This document shows, in pieces, positions 38,561 to 60,215 of a stretch of DNA of 64,000 bases. The DNA is from Blastocystis sp. Blastoise (lineage: Eukaryota > Protista > Bigyra: Opalinata): contig JBBPEB010000014.1 in NCBI GenBank assembly GCA_039096225.1, forward strand, positions 372,001 to 436,000. The letters are read 5' to 3'. The first letter of the stretch is position 1; every line of letters begins with the position of its first letter. Below the pieces are notes generated by a model. The model made no database searches. It saw only the letters and a program-made list of their open reading frames with translations, and was not told the DNA's origin. The translations under genes and the position numbers were made by a program.

Positions 38561-39913
38561 TTAATTCGTAGTATTATTATTACTATTAGTATGAAGGTGT
38601 GTTAGATCGACGCTTCGAGTTGACGTAGGAGTACCTGAAATATGAGAGAGGGATTGGTACGAACTGTACGTGTCACGTGGTGTACCGTACGAAGTAGTAT
38701 GTTCCAGTGTTTTGGACATTTTGGCAATGTTTCGAACATTCGAAAGAAGTGAGGACCAAAGAGACGTTTCATCAATTGGATCTACCTGTATATATATATA
38801 TATATAGGAATGAGTATAAATATATGAAATATATGAGTAAAACTACAGGAAAACAAAAATAATAGAATAATATATATATATTATATACAGAAGTAATAGC
38901 AGGTTTATTTTGAGAATTGTAAGGTTCTCGTTGAAATGTAAGATCCATTTTCTGAGATATAGACTGACATCTATTTAATAATAATAAATAGAATAGAATA
39001 CATATAATAAGAACATATAATAAATAGAATAAAATAGAATACATATAATAAGAACATATAATAAATAGGATAAAATAGAATACATATAATAAATAGAATA
39101 AAATAAAATAGAATAAATATAATAAGAACATATAATAAATAGAATAAAATAGAATAAATATAATACGAACATATAATAAATAGAATAGAATTTAATAATA
39201 TAATAACAACATATAATAAAAAATAAAATTGAAAAAACAAATATATATATATACTCTTGAAGCCATAAATCAAAGGAAACGAAACCATCTGTGGTGACAT
39301 CAAAACTTTGAGGTGTAAGCATTGTTTCTTCTAAGTGATTTGTAATTAAAGCATTTTCTTCTTCAGGTGGATCGATAAATGAAGAATGATAATTTTTAGC
39401 TTCTTTGAAATCATTTTGTATAGATTTTATTAATATACTAGTAATAACGTTACTATCTATTGATGAAGTATCTTTACTAGCTATTTGTTTTTTCAAAGTA
39501 GAATAATTTTTAACACGCATTTCATAATCTTGCCTATTTGAATTACGTAAACCATCTATAGGGATGGCATGTGCATCATCTATATAAACATCTTCTCCAT
39601 TAAATAATACTACATGAGATTTCCCTTCTCCATCTTTACTACATACTGGACAATCAATATCCTCAGTATCTTCACTTTCAACAGGTTTTGATTCTGTAAC
39701 AACATTTGGTATCGTTGCATTATCTACTTCTGATACTTGAGCAGTATTTTCCGCATCAGACTCTTCATTGATTTCATCTATTTTTTCAGGAATATTTTCT
39801 AATTGATTATCCATCAAGCTAATATTTTCTTCTGATGAAGATTTAATATTCTCATCTTGAGTGACTTGATCCGACTGAAGTGAATCTTCTTGATTCATAT
39901 TGATATTCTCCAT
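38561..39913 (-). CDS. Hypothetical acidic protein, 3 exons
   Basis: Long open first exon. Two GT-AG introns join in frame to TAA at 38561. No family recognised. Confidence 0.6.
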
Positions 39914-40191
39914 AGATAGTTCAATTACTATGATATCTATTTAAAAAAATATTTTCTCTTTTTGATCAATTTAAATAGATTCACGATTTTTCAAAATAAA
40001 TCAGTTATTTAAAAAAAAATAACAATAAAACAATTTATTTCTTCACAAAAAAAAAAAAAATTATCTTTGTTTTTAAAATAAATGTAACATGTTGTTTAAT
40101 AAAAGTAAAATAAAAAAACAAAACACAATAATATAAATTTATAGTATAACATTTTAAATTAAAATAATCTACAAGAAAGATGTTCAATAAT

Positions 40192-42441
<2,250 letters not shown>

Positions 42442-44097
42442 ATGAGTGCTGCTCAATCACATAAAGTCAATAAAATTTGTATTGCTGATTATGTTAAGAA
42501 TCACGATATTAAGGGCAAGGTTGTTTTTGTAAGATGCGATTTCAATGTTCCTCTCTCCAAGGATGGAAAGAAAACTATTACTGATGACACCCGTATTGTT
42601 GCTGCTCTTCCCACTATTAAAATTTTAATTGAAGCTGGCGCTAAGACTGTCCTTTGTTCTCATTTAGGTAAACCTAAAGGACCTGATGCTGCTCTTACTC
42701 TTGATCCTGTATATTTTATTATTTGATTTTCATTTTTTTAGAATAATTTTTTTTTATAAAACTACAAATTTAATATTTTTTCTCGATATGAGTTTAAATA
42801 TATTTAATTTGTGATTAATTTTTTTTTGTTTTATTTAATGTATATATATATATATATTTTAGGTTGCTGCTCGTTTATCTGAATATCTTAAGCAAACTGT
42901 TATTAAAACTAACGAAGTTGTTGGTGAAGAAGTTGCTAAGACTGTTGGTAATATGAAGGATGGTGATGTAATTCTTCTTGAAAATGTCCGTTTTGAAGCT
43001 GGTGAAACTAAGAATACTCCTGAATTTATCGATAAACTTTATGAATCTATTAAACCAGATTTATATGTCAATGATGCTTTTGGTACTGCTCATAGAGCTC
43101 ATGCTTCTACTGTTGGTCTTACTACTAAAGTACCTGTAGCTATTTCTGGTATGTTAGTTCAAAAGGAATTAAAGTATTTATATGGTGCTATTGATGAACC
43201 TAAGAGACCTTTAACTGCTATTGTTGGTGGTGCTAAAGTCTCTTCTAAATTACCTGTTTTAGAATCTTTAATTGAAAAATGTCAAACTATTATTATTGGT
43301 GGAGGTATGATCTTCACTTTCTATAAAGCTCAAGGTATTGCTGTTGGCTCTTCTCTTGTTGAAGTATCTATTATTATATATATATATATTCAATTAATTT
43401 TATTTTATAATTATATATATATGTATAAAATTATTAGTCAATCAATATATTTATTTTAGCTAATTTTTTTTTAATATATTTCTTAAATTATTAGTCAATC
43501 AATATATTTATTTTAGTTAATTTTATTATATATTTTTATATATTTCTTAAATTATTAGTCAATCAATATATTTATATATTTATGATAATTGATTAATATA
43601 TATCACTATAATCTTTCTAGGATGACTTACTTGAAATGGCTAAAGCTGTTATGGCTAAGGCTGAATCTAAAGGAGTTAAATTCCTTCTTCCTGTTGATGT
43701 TGTTGTTGCTGATAAATTCTCTGCTGATGCTGAATCGAAAACTGTGGATATCCATGCTATTCCTGAAGGTTGGATGGGCTTAGATATTGGTCCTAAATCT
43801 ATTCAATTATTTGAAGAAGCTATTAATGAATCTAATACTATTGTTTGGAATGGTCCCATGGGTGTCTTCGAATTCCCTAAGTTTGCTGAAGGTACTTTTG
43901 CTATAGCTAAATGTCTTGCTGATCGTACTGAAAAAGCTGGAGCTATTACTGTTATTGGTGGAGGTGATTCCGTCTCTGCTATTCATCAAGCTGGTGTTGA
44001 AGAACATATTTCTCATATTTCTACTGGTGGTGGTGCTTCTCTTGAAGTCCTTGAAGGTAAATTACTTCCTGGTGTTGCTGCTCTTACTGACGCTTAA
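42442..44097 (+). CDS. PGK: Phosphoglycerate kinase, 3 exons
   Basis: [46 protein letters not shown] and STGGGASLE. Confidence 0.97.
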
Positions 44098-44554
44098 AAT
44101 GAATTTTTAAGCATTCTCTATGTATCATATATAGTTATCTCTTTTTAAAATTTTGTTTTGTTTTTATTATATCTCATAAGATTCATTTGTATTTTAAGGT
44201 TTATAATAAACAAAATTGATTACGAACAAATTTAATCATTATAATGATAGTTTTATAATCTATTTCATGAATATAAATGATATTGTGATTCATATTTTAT
44301 ATTCTTTTTAATATATCTAACAAAACAATAAATATAGAAAATGCTAAGATATATAAAAAGCAGATATGAAAAACAAGGAAAAAAAAATAGAGAATATATT
44401 CAAAATGAAATATATATAATTAAAAATAAGAAACAGCTACAAATAACAAACATGCAAACATCAAAAAAAATGATGGCAAACCAAAACGAAAAAAAAAACT
44501 CAACGATATATAAAAAAATAATAAAAAAGATGCTATCTATTCAATGATCAAAAT

Positions 44555-46103
44555 TTAGAAAATAGTATGACGACTTTTCTTAACGTTAACTTGATCCTAT
44601 AAATATGGGGTGTAATTATGTATATATATTACAAATATATAAATGAATATATTAAAAAAAAAAACATACCATGAATTTTCCCACAGGTAATTCGCCTATA
44701 TCTTCAATATCTTCTTCTTCATCTTCATCAATCAAAGTTTTATTAAAATTCTCTGTCTTATTCTCCTCTATAGTATATAATGATAATAATTAACATAATA
44801 ATTAAGATAATAATTAACATAATAATAATAATTATTATTATTATAATAACTATAATAATATATTAACATACTATTAGTGCCAAGAACAATAGTAGCTCCA
44901 CATTCATATAAATCTTTTAATTTTAAGATTTCTTTATATAAAACTTTAGCTTGTACAGGAGTTAAATGAATTTCTTGTTCTAATAAGTCCTTATCTATAT
45001 AGTAATTATAATAATAAGAGTTATTCATAATGAAAACAATACACATAATAAAAGTAGAATATACCTAATTCTAATAAGAAAGCACCATGTACAGAGTTTT
45101 CTCTGAAACTCTTACATAAATGACCTAAATAATGGTCATTCACCCAAGTACATACTTCATCTAAACCCCATTCAGGGACTAAACTATATATATATATATA
45201 TTTTAATAATATTAATAATATTAATAAACAAAACAATAAACAGAATAAACAGAATAATAAATATAAACATAAATCAAATAATATACTTAGTACGATCGGT
45301 ATCACCAATGGGATCTGTTAATTCTGCAAGAGCTTCTTGACCTCCATCTTCTCCAAAAGTACCTTTATGAATAGTACTAGCAAAATGAATCTTAGGACCA
45401 TTTGTAATAGCCTTCTTCTTCTCATATTTAATAGCACTTAATAAACTAGCTAAATGCATCTTTGTACCATATTGACTACCAATCTTATACTATATATATA
45501 TAATATTAATTATAATAGAGTTGCCAATATATATTATATCTAGAATTCTCAATAATATAAATAACTTCTATATTTATTGTATTGTAATTAAAAAACAAAA
45601 TATACTTTTTGAGAAAAATCTTCTTCGGTTAAAGAGAATAATACAGCACCATGAACTGCACTTGTTTTAAACACAGGCTTTAATAGACTTAAACCTCTAT
45701 TATCAAGCCACTGTAATACACCATCTAAAGACCATCTCCAACTATGATAATCTATCTCAGGTTCTTCAGTCAAAAGAGTAATAGCCTTATTTAAAGATAA
45801 TTGATGAAGAGGATCTGAAATGGTAAGAGTAGATTCAATTTCACTTTCCTCAAGGTCAACTATAGTCTCACCATCAACACCATTTTCTTTAAAAGCAGAA
45901 GCATATTGTCCAAGACCAATTAATTGTAACCAATCGAGGACTTTAGGAACAGTCCATTTACGAGGATTCTTATCGCCATCAGTAGAAACAATCAAATCTC
46001 GGGTTACACCAGGAGGTACAGGAGGCAATCCAGTAGGGACAGCACATTCATCCTCAACCTTCTTATGAGGTTGTATCATCGTATTACTAAGACAATTACC
46101 CAT
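44555..46103 (-). CDS. Protein with three SAM domains and a putative N-terminal myristoylation/palmitoylation site (MGNC)
   Basis: WTVPKVLDWLQLIGLGQYASAFKENGVDG, WSLDGVLQWL and WGLDEVCTWV...FRENSVHGAFLLEL. Confidence 0.8.
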
Positions 46104-46944
46104 TGCTATTCAACTGTTCAAGAAAATGAATTTGAAATGAATTCACAACTTCTTTTTTTTTAAAGTCGTATAAACTCCATAATGACGATTATCATTACAA
46201 ATCTTCTAAAAATTCAAATTTCCCCAGTTTTTTTAATTGACTTTTAGATTCATTGTTTTGTTTGACAATAGTGCTATTTATGGCTTCTATTTCTATATAC
46301 AGAATATTAACATAACATGTATATTATAGATTCGTGAAATTAATTTATTATTACTAACTTTATAATATTTTTCTGATTATAATTGATTTGAATTTACATA
46401 CTTTTTCTGTTTGATAATTTGAGTCAAGGGGTAGCTCTTTATGTAACATATTATTATTATTATTATTATTTTATTTTTTATTTTTCCTGATTAAAATAGA
46501 ATAATGATCATTATTTTTTCTTAGTTCCTGAAGTAAGTCCCATAATATAATTGAACAAGTTTAAAGAAGAATAAAGTATGTGCAGGATAGCGTAATTATT
46601 ATATAAGGCATAAAATAGATGAACATTTATAAAGAAATTGTTCGGTGAATACTATTCTATTTTCGATACACTCATAGAAGACCTATATAAACACAGTACC
46701 AGTCTTTTCAAATTCATATTCATAACAATTAAATAAATAAAAAAGAATCAGATTCCATAGTCTTTCATATTATTTACGATTTAAAATGAAACGTTAAAAC
46801 AAAAAAATATATAGAATTAAGTATAATATCACGTTTATTATTTTATTATGCACATAGTATCCTACTAGATCCTTTTCTTATGTTTTCTTTCTTTTTTTTG
46901 GGATAACATTTTATTTTCTTCTTTAGAATTAACTATTCGTAAAG

Positions 46945-48122
46945 ATGAAGTTTACTATATCGGACAATATAATTATATCAGACATTCATGGTTTCTTGAG
47001 AATTCTTACTCAATTTCGATTAGATGGAAAACAAAAATTACAAGTATGATAGTTTTAATATTATAATTAGAACATATAGATACTATCTGATTTTGACTAT
47101 ACATTAACTAAATACAAAACTGAGAATCAATCTCGAAATTTCACATCACACTCCATTATCGATAGTTCTCCATTTTTACCGATTCAAACAAGGAATAAAG
47201 CAAGAGAATATCGAGTAATAATTATATCATGAGCCAATTATATAGATATAGGATACTTATCATAAATATGAACTTAATTCAAGGTATTTTATTTTTATGT
47301 TTCTATATCAAAATTCAGTATTTCAGATGAATTGAGTGAGATTTATATGAATCAATGGTGGTCATCAACACATAAACTCCTGATAGAGAATAGAACATCA
47401 AAAGAACTCATTGAAACCATCGCTAAAACAACTAATATATCATTTCGTAACTATGTCACCGATTTCTTCGCGTTATGTGTTAAATACAACGTAAATATAT
47501 ATATAGTTATTGTAAAGCATTATATTTATTGTTAATTATATTTATTGTTAATTATATTTATAAGAATATATAGATAAACTTATGTATTTTCTCTGCTGGA
47601 ATCACTCAAGTTATTGATGTATAGTTTTTTATTTATTTATTATTATGTATTTTCAGGATTTATTACGCTTCCAATGTGATTTCAATATTAAGAATAACGA
47701 AAAGCATACTATTATTGCGAATAATATGATATTCGATGAACGAAACTTTTTAAAAGAATTCTCATCACCATTAATCACATCAGCAACAAAAAGTATCACT
47801 AAGATTTCTAGAGAAGTTGATTATACATTGCAACAAAATGTGATATTATTAGGAGATATTATAAGAGACTCAGAAATGTGTGATATTAATGGCTATTCGA
47901 TTCTTCGAGTTGGATTTCTCAATGATCAGTATAGATTCATATACTATTATTTTTATTGTATTTAGAATAGAAGAAAGACTCGATTCATTCTTGAATTCTT
48001 TTGATATAGTAATTCTTAATGATGGTGACTTTCAATTCATAAATCGACTTCTTGAAATTATTTGTAATAAAGAAACAATATATTCGTTTAGCGAGTTAAT
48101 CTATGCTCTAACAGTAGAATAA
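46945..48122 (+). CDS. Pyrimidine 5'-nucleotidase / cN-III (HAD family), multi-exon
   Basis: LQILSDFDYTLTK, MNQWW, FSAG, NVILLGD, VGFLN and FDIVILND. Start codon uncertain. Confidence 0.85.
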
Positions 48123-48401
48123 AATAAAGCATGATTCACTTCTCTATAAAATAACTGTTGAATATTTAGTAATTGAATTCAGTTTTCTTTGTTGATTATT
48201 TATATTATAATGATACATTGATTTATTATAACGGTGCATTATGATAATATAATGATACAACTCTTTCATAAATATAAATGAACAAAAACGACAAAAAATA
48301 TGTATTAAAGAACAGCTGATTGCCGTGTTTTTTCGTGTTGTGATAAGATGAAAATGTAAATAAGATATTGTGATTAAATAATATTCTGTTAAGAGTCTTC
48401 T

Positions 48402-49292
48402 ATGAAACGAAAAGATAGATATACAGACTTTGATATTCATTTCAAAAAGGAACAAATTGGTTGTTTGATTACATACAACGAAAAACATGGATATTGCTCC
48501 ATCTGTGGGTTCTACCAAGAGTTTACGTCACTTCTAGAAGCAGAACTGAGTGATCAACTGATGCCTGGTGATGAAATTATTCGAATCAACAGAATGGATG
48601 TTTTTGGATTTTCGATGGAAGAAGTAACTAAATTAATTTCAACATCAACAAGACCGTTTTGTATAACATTCAGAAGATATACTGCTGATGATATTACTCC
48701 AATATCATTTGATTCAATTTTATTTAACGAAGAAAACAGAATGGTCCTCAGAAACTATTTACAGAAAATATCTTTTATTCTTCCATTAAATAATTTATGT
48801 TTTATTGAGTCAATCCATTCTTTTCGACATCTTTCAACTCCAATGTCTGATTATATTCAACTATTAGAATTTCAATTTATAAATCCTGATTCACCCAAAT
48901 ATATAGGAGTTCCATTATATGAAGGAATAGATTCTTTTAAAACTGAAAAAGAACAAATAGATTATTATCTTTCTTGGTCCTATAATTATTTATATACTAA
49001 ATGCTGGCCTTCTTTCATTCAATCTATAGAGTATATATTGATATATATATGATTATGTATGATACTATATAATTATATATTTATTATTATATAGTTATAA
49101 AGAATTATGTCTTCCTTTTTCCTCTATATTGAACTCTCAATTTAAATTAAATTATTTTCTTATGTATCTTGTATATATTGATGACTACAAACAATTATAT
49201 CTCTATATACAAATACAATATGAATTACTCACATTATATAAAATTATTGACAGTCAACAGAAAAGTAAACAAATATCATAATTCATATATCA

Positions 49293-49332
<40 letters not shown>

Positions 49333-52300
49333 GATATAATTATATATATATATAGAAGAATCAACACCTTCTTTGTCAATGAAGAATGCTTATTTCTCAT
49401 TTTCTTCAAAAACTAGTCATTCTTCTTCTAAATATAATCAGCGTATCTATATACCATATATATATATATTCTAATGAGTATTAATAAATACAGAACTATA
49501 CTATATTTATCTATTATACTTTTTTTGTTCTTAATAATCAATATACTTAACTATATAAAATCAAATATATTCTCTTATATTCGAATCTAAATTATTGCTT
49601 AATTCATATTTTTATAATATTATGGAATCTATGTGATATTCTTGAATATCTATATTTTTTCTATTTATATGTACATAATAGATCTGTCTTCTTCACAAGA
49701 TACAATCTCATTATTTTGGATACTATTCAATCGCTTATATGTCTCTACTTTCTATTCTACAGCAGAGAAAACACTTACGGTGAACAACGTGCATCTACTT
49801 CCTGACCTCCTTCTACATAATCTTACTGATTATTATCATACATATAAACAATAGTATACTTAGAATTCACTTTATATATTCGTCATTATTGTATTCATTT
49901 GATTGCTTTTATCTCTTTTTATTTATATACGAATCTATTGTTATGAATATATATATAATCATTTTCTATAATATATATATATATCTAGTGAGTATTCAGG
50001 AACATATCCTGGATTCTCTACAATTCGATCTCTTTCTTTTACATTACGTCAAATAATAGACACTTTATCGCAAGTATTATTTAAACAACATTATAATGAA
50101 TTTCTATTAAGTGACTTTTTCTCTTTATTAATGAAAGCTATATATTATCATTCACACTCTATAACTAATGAATTACAAGGTATATCAATTATTATTATTA
50201 TTAATCCTTCTACTACTCATAACAATATAGGAAAAGATGAACTGAAGACTATAGATAAAACTATTCTAGAGAAGGAGAAAAGAAGGGATATTGATATTGA
50301 TGATACTACTACTATTCTACATGATAAAAATAATAATCAAGAAAATAATCATGAAGAAAATGATAATACTATTAGTGATAAGAATAATACTATTAGTGAT
50401 AAGAATAATATGAAGAATACTAAAGATGATTTCAGAAATACATTTAAAATAACATCTTTAAATGACACGAATTCTTCATCTTCATTCTCCTCTTTATCTT
50501 CTTCTTATCCATCAATTCAAGATATCAATCTTACAGAGCTCGAGAACTCCATGAAAACTATAAAGAATTCAACAAAGAAGAATACAAATGATCTTTTCAA
50601 AAGGAAATCTTTAAACCAACTGCTATATAATTATGGAAAAGAAAAACTTGACAAACTAAAAACTTTTGTTATTTGTATTGTTATAGTTTCATTAAAAATA
50701 TATATTCAATTTATTATGTATATATATAGACTGGAGTGATAATAACACAAAAGATAAAAAACTTGTTGTATATTTTATTGAATAGTTCACACATTCTATA
50801 TTCTATTATTATAGGATACATTAGTGTCTACTTCTTCTTCTTCCTCTCTTCCTGATTATACTTATAGTTCTCCATCACTTATAGATATTCTAGAATGTAT
50901 TGCAGTCAAATATCAATATAGTGTATTTATATTTTTATATAAATATATATTTATTGGAAAATTCTCTGAGTTTTTATAATATAATCAGTTGTTTTTAGTT
51001 ATTATTTACATTTATTATAGTTATCATTTAATTATTCTTTATATTCTGTATTCTTTTTAGATTTATTATTTAATTATTCTTTATTTATTATATTCTTTTA
51101 GATTCATTATTCAATTGTTTTTATTTATTATATTCTTTTTAGATTCATTATCCAATTATTTTATTTATTATATTCTTTTTAGATTCATTATCCAATTATT
51201 TTATTTATTATTTTTTATAATCTTATTAGATTCACTATTCACCCTATATATGCAATACTATGACTTCTACTATTTCACCTTCTTCTTCTTCTTCTATTCC
51301 TTCTACTGTATTTGGATATATCTATTTTACAACTGTATTCAAAGACAATCGATGGATTATTCAGTCTGAAAATATGGCCATTGACAAAGAACAACAATCA
51401 ATAACCGGTATGCTTTGATACAATGAATTTATAACGATTTTCAATAATATTTATCTTTCATTTACTTTATTATTAATACATATTAATTCATATCTTCATT
51501 CTGTTAATGATATATATATATATAGATCATTTTCCTTCACATATATTAGATTTTGTTTATCCTGAAGGCATTTTTCCTCTTCATGAATATAAATCCCCAC
51601 GGGTATTTACATTCTTATTAGGAGGTGATACAGGACGTCGATGGACATGCTCATGTCTTAATGTATTTGAAAAGGTATATATATATATGCATATATATAT
51701 ATTTATATATATATATGGTTTTATGTTAACTATATGTTTAATCCAATTAAAATGTATAAACATTATTTATATTATATATATAGAAAGAGATTCAGGGTGG
51801 TTCTACTATTTATCTTCCTACAGGATTATGTTTATTATCTCTTTATCCACAACTTGAGAATCTACGTTATATTCTAAAAGAATTCTATAAGAAACAGTAT
51901 TCCATATTACCTTATGTAGAGAATGAGGAGAAGCGTCAGATCCTGTTAAATATGCTTTTTCAAACAAAACATTCAACAGGAGTATTTTATTATATTCTTA
52001 TATTATTATATTATTATATTATTATATTATTATATATTATTATATATTATATATTATATGTAATTTACAACATAATACGTATTATCATTATATTTTTTAT
52101 GAATGCTTCTATTATATTCTTTTCTATGTGTTGAATAAAGCTGTATATATATTTTTTCCTATTCTATAATCTCCTATTTCTCTATTCTATAGCGCCAACG
52201 ACGTTTTTCTATATCAACTCCACGATTAGTATCATTGAATACCTCTCGTCTCTCCTCTTTTTCTCTTCCTTCTATATATTCATTATATTTTCCTTCTTTT

Positions 52301-53637
52301 AATTATTCTTTCCTTCCTCCTCTTCATGTTTCTCTTTCCTATCTCTTCTCTACATTCTCTATTCGACATATAATCGTATTATATAAACTATTATTATTAG
52401 AAAGAAGAATTCTTTTTGTGTCTAAATCTATTACTACACTCACATATGTCATGGATGGACTAAAACAACTCATGTATATATCAATAATATTCTATTTATA
52501 TTATATACATATAACTTATATATATTAATAACAATTAAAAATATACAATTTTTATTCTTACTGTTATATCTATATGTTTATGTATATATACATATATAAC
52601 TAGTTATCCTTATAAGTGGTTTCATGTTTATTGCCCTCTTCTTCCAACATCACTTTCTGAGTATATTTACTGTCCTTCTCCTTATTGTATAGGACTTCTT
52701 GAATCTACATTGTATATATATATCATATTATTATTACATACTATACTGATATATATATTTATATATATCAGAAACATACAGATATATGTAAATAATAATA
52801 TATATAGAACATTATCAATGATGTCTCATATAGAAGGCGTGGATATTGTGTATATAGAGACAGACACTATACACATTGCTGATCCGGTACATGATCTATT
52901 ATTTCAGCAACATTCACCAAAATCAGTTACTGATACAGTGTATGTATATAGTCTCTTAGTTGATGAATCATTTATATATATAGAATTCCTATTCGAGAAG
53001 ATCGATATCTTGATAAAAATATAGATATACTTCCTCCTCTACCTTCAACAAATCAAATAAATATTTATATAGAAATAGGTATTATTCAATATTAAATTTA
53101 TTCTTCTATATATATGTATGTTTCAATTAATATTTGGATACTCTATAAAGAAACTACTATAGTGATAATTATATTTATATGAAGAAAATAACGTTATATT
53201 TCTATAGGTACTATTATTCATCCTTCTTATCTGACTTCAGATGACGCATCCATCGTCATGCCTTTCGTTGAACGACCTACTGTATGGGATGATTCAAAAC
53301 ATATCCTTAATTATCTCTATTTAAAATTATTCTAAAAAGTTTATTGTTTTTCTTTAATTATAAATATATATCTATATATTTATATATACACCATTTCCTT
53401 CATAATCTACTTCAAAACTTATTCTATCGATATACACTTTCATTACTACTTCCTTTTGAGTCATTTTGTATTTTTACACAGATAGATAATGATAAAGAAA
53501 GAAAACAAATATGTATTTTTAAAGAAAAACAATATATAGAACAATATCCAAAGGAAGAACAAGAATTCTTAAGTCTCTTTGTACGAACTCAATTATTTTC
53601 TGAATATTTATTTCGATTACATAATCAACAATGGTAA
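48402..53637 (+). CDS. PDZ + two RGS-like + DENN (u/c/dDENN) domain protein, multi-exon
   Basis: PDZ: LMPGDEIIRIN...RPFCITF. RGS: FDSILFNEE...FINPDSPKYIG...CWPSFIQS. DENN: DFVYPEG, FTFLL, LLLERRILFVS, YPYKWFHVYCPLLP, PSPYCIG, FVRTQLF. Confidence 0.8.
53301..53410 (+). other. U12-type (minor) AT-AC intron in the DENN gene; 3' end at 53389 or 53410
   Basis: Donor ATATCCTT at 53301. An in-frame stop follows if unspliced. Both candidate AC acceptors restore the dDENN frame. Confidence 0.75.
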
Positions 53638-53849
53638 ATATATATTATTATTATTATTGTTTTTCTATGATCACTTAAAGATATATATGATAAAAAGAGT
53701 TGATTTTTAAACAAGAGTAATAATAATAACCAAAGGAAATAAGTTATAAATATTTAAAATAATAATAATAAAAGAGTATTTATTTTGACAAAGAAAATAT
53801 ACTATGTAGATAACAGGTAGTACAAAAAAATTGATAAAAAAGAAATTAT

Positions 53850-54399
53850 TTATTGAATACATTGCATTAATCGACTCATGACAGCTTCATTTTCTCCTCG
53901 AATAGTATTATGATTATAGGGATACTCAATATATACATCAGTATCTTGTATTTTTAACACACCTTCTGAATTTATTGAATATGATAAACGACACTATGAA
54001 TATATTAAATACAAATAAAAGCTATATTGATAATATACAGACTGTAGATAATTGATAATATTTGTTTTCCGTTGATTGATAACAGTAATGTCTTCATTCT
54101 CTTCTTTTTGATAGTTTTGTTGATTTATCACATTCTCATTGAGGACTTCATTCTTTGAATCAGGAGTTATATCGCTAATGGATTGATAGTTGACGATTTT
54201 GTTCTTTCCATTCTAAAATAAGGTTACTCAGATAATTTTAAATTCACGCACATACATAATTGAATAAGCACCAGCCAACATCAGGGTCAATTGCAATAAG
54301 TTGACCACAAAATGAGAAGTTAGTGCATTTACAAGAAACAAAACATCCATCAAAAGATGAAAATTTATTGTAAAAGTCTCGTAGCTGTTGTAAAGACAT
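53850..54399 (-). CDS. Gemin6-like Sm-fold plus AD-domain protein, 3 exons, not shown in the ORF track
   Basis: Spliced protein MSLQQLRDF...GQLIAIDPDVG...RKTNIINYLQSCRL...YIEYPYNHNTIRGENEAVMSRL parallels Gemin6 (GxVxTxDP; RKxxLxxWL; IxPPY...NExxLxR). Confidence 0.65.
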
Positions 54400-54503
54400 T
54401 CATTTAATGGAGTCAATAATAATCGGTTCTTTTTCTTTTTTTTCCAGTCAACTTTCTCATTAAATCTAGAATTATTTTTATTTTTGGAAAAAGTATAAAA
54501 GAA

Positions 54504-55833
<1,330 letters not shown>

Positions 55834-56400
55834 TGAGTGTCTTTTCTATTTTTCTAAATCTAATTCTTAGTGTTAATTTATATGTTTACAAAATAATAAG
55901 TGTGCTGAGTTCAATAATATAGGATTCTGTAAATATTATGTATTCTATGCATTGTTTTCAAATTATTATAAGTATAACATAACAAATATTGGATAAATAT
56001 ACCAATAAACATACAACGTATTATATTCATTATGTAAATCCATATAAAACTAAGAAAAAGAATAGAGTGTCAGGATTACGAATCACACATTCACATAACA
56101 ATGTTACAAAAATTATTTTATCTTGTCAACACAACATATATAAACTCATACATAGCCATATCTCTTTTATTAAAATGAAGTATTCTTATGAAATTTTTAT
56201 TTTTAAAAACACCTAGAAAAAATCATGATTTTTTTGTTTTGTTTTCATCGTTTTTTATCTACGGCTGAATATCGTAATTATGTACTGAAAACAAAAATTC
56301 AAATAATATGGCGTAGTTATCCATATATTGTTTTGTAAATTGTTTTTTATCGGTATCTATTCTTAAGCTTATTATTTGTTTTTGATATTTGTTGATATCA

Positions 56401-59446
<3,046 letters not shown>

Positions 59447-60172
59447 TTTCTACTTCTTCTTCTCCTTCTCTTCCTATCATTATTATGAGTATTATAACCT
59501 TTTATTTTATATACCTATAAATATATATAAATATATATATGTGCTATTTCTATTCTATATATTATCCCTTTTGTTTACTAACACTTATATATATATATAT
59601 ATATATATATCATTTTTCAATTATTTATTTCGTTTTAACTATTTGAGTAGTTACTCACCTATATATATATATATATATATCTATATATATATATATATAT
59701 ATAATAAAATACTATTTTGTTTTCTGGTACTGTATTGTTATATTTCATTTGTTATATATTATTAAAAATCATGTTTATTTGCGCAGGGTTACTATTATAT
59801 ATTTCTTTTGACTATTCTACTTATCTACCTGCTATTTATTAATTATACACATCTATATCTATATCTATATATATTATATTATATTTTTTTATATGTTCCA
59901 TTTTGTTTTCAATTATGTGTATATATATATTTTCTTCTCTTTTCTTTGTATATAGATATATATGAAAATATTAAAACGCTTTTTTTTTCATTATATTTCT
60001 TTTGAAGTTATTATTCAATTTTTGCGTTATTCAAATATATATATAAATATATATATATATTTGTAATACTTTTTATGCTTCGATATTATTGCCAATACTA
60101 TTTTTGTTAATAGTAATATATCTATATATATTTTATGGCTTTAAATTTATTGCTGTTACTCTAATCACTTTT

Positions 60173-60215
<43 letters not shown>

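Noticed and set aside
49265-49355. CAAG|ATATAT resembling an AT donor in the DENN gene
   Set aside because: It lies inside an intron that starts at a canonical in-phase GTAAAC.
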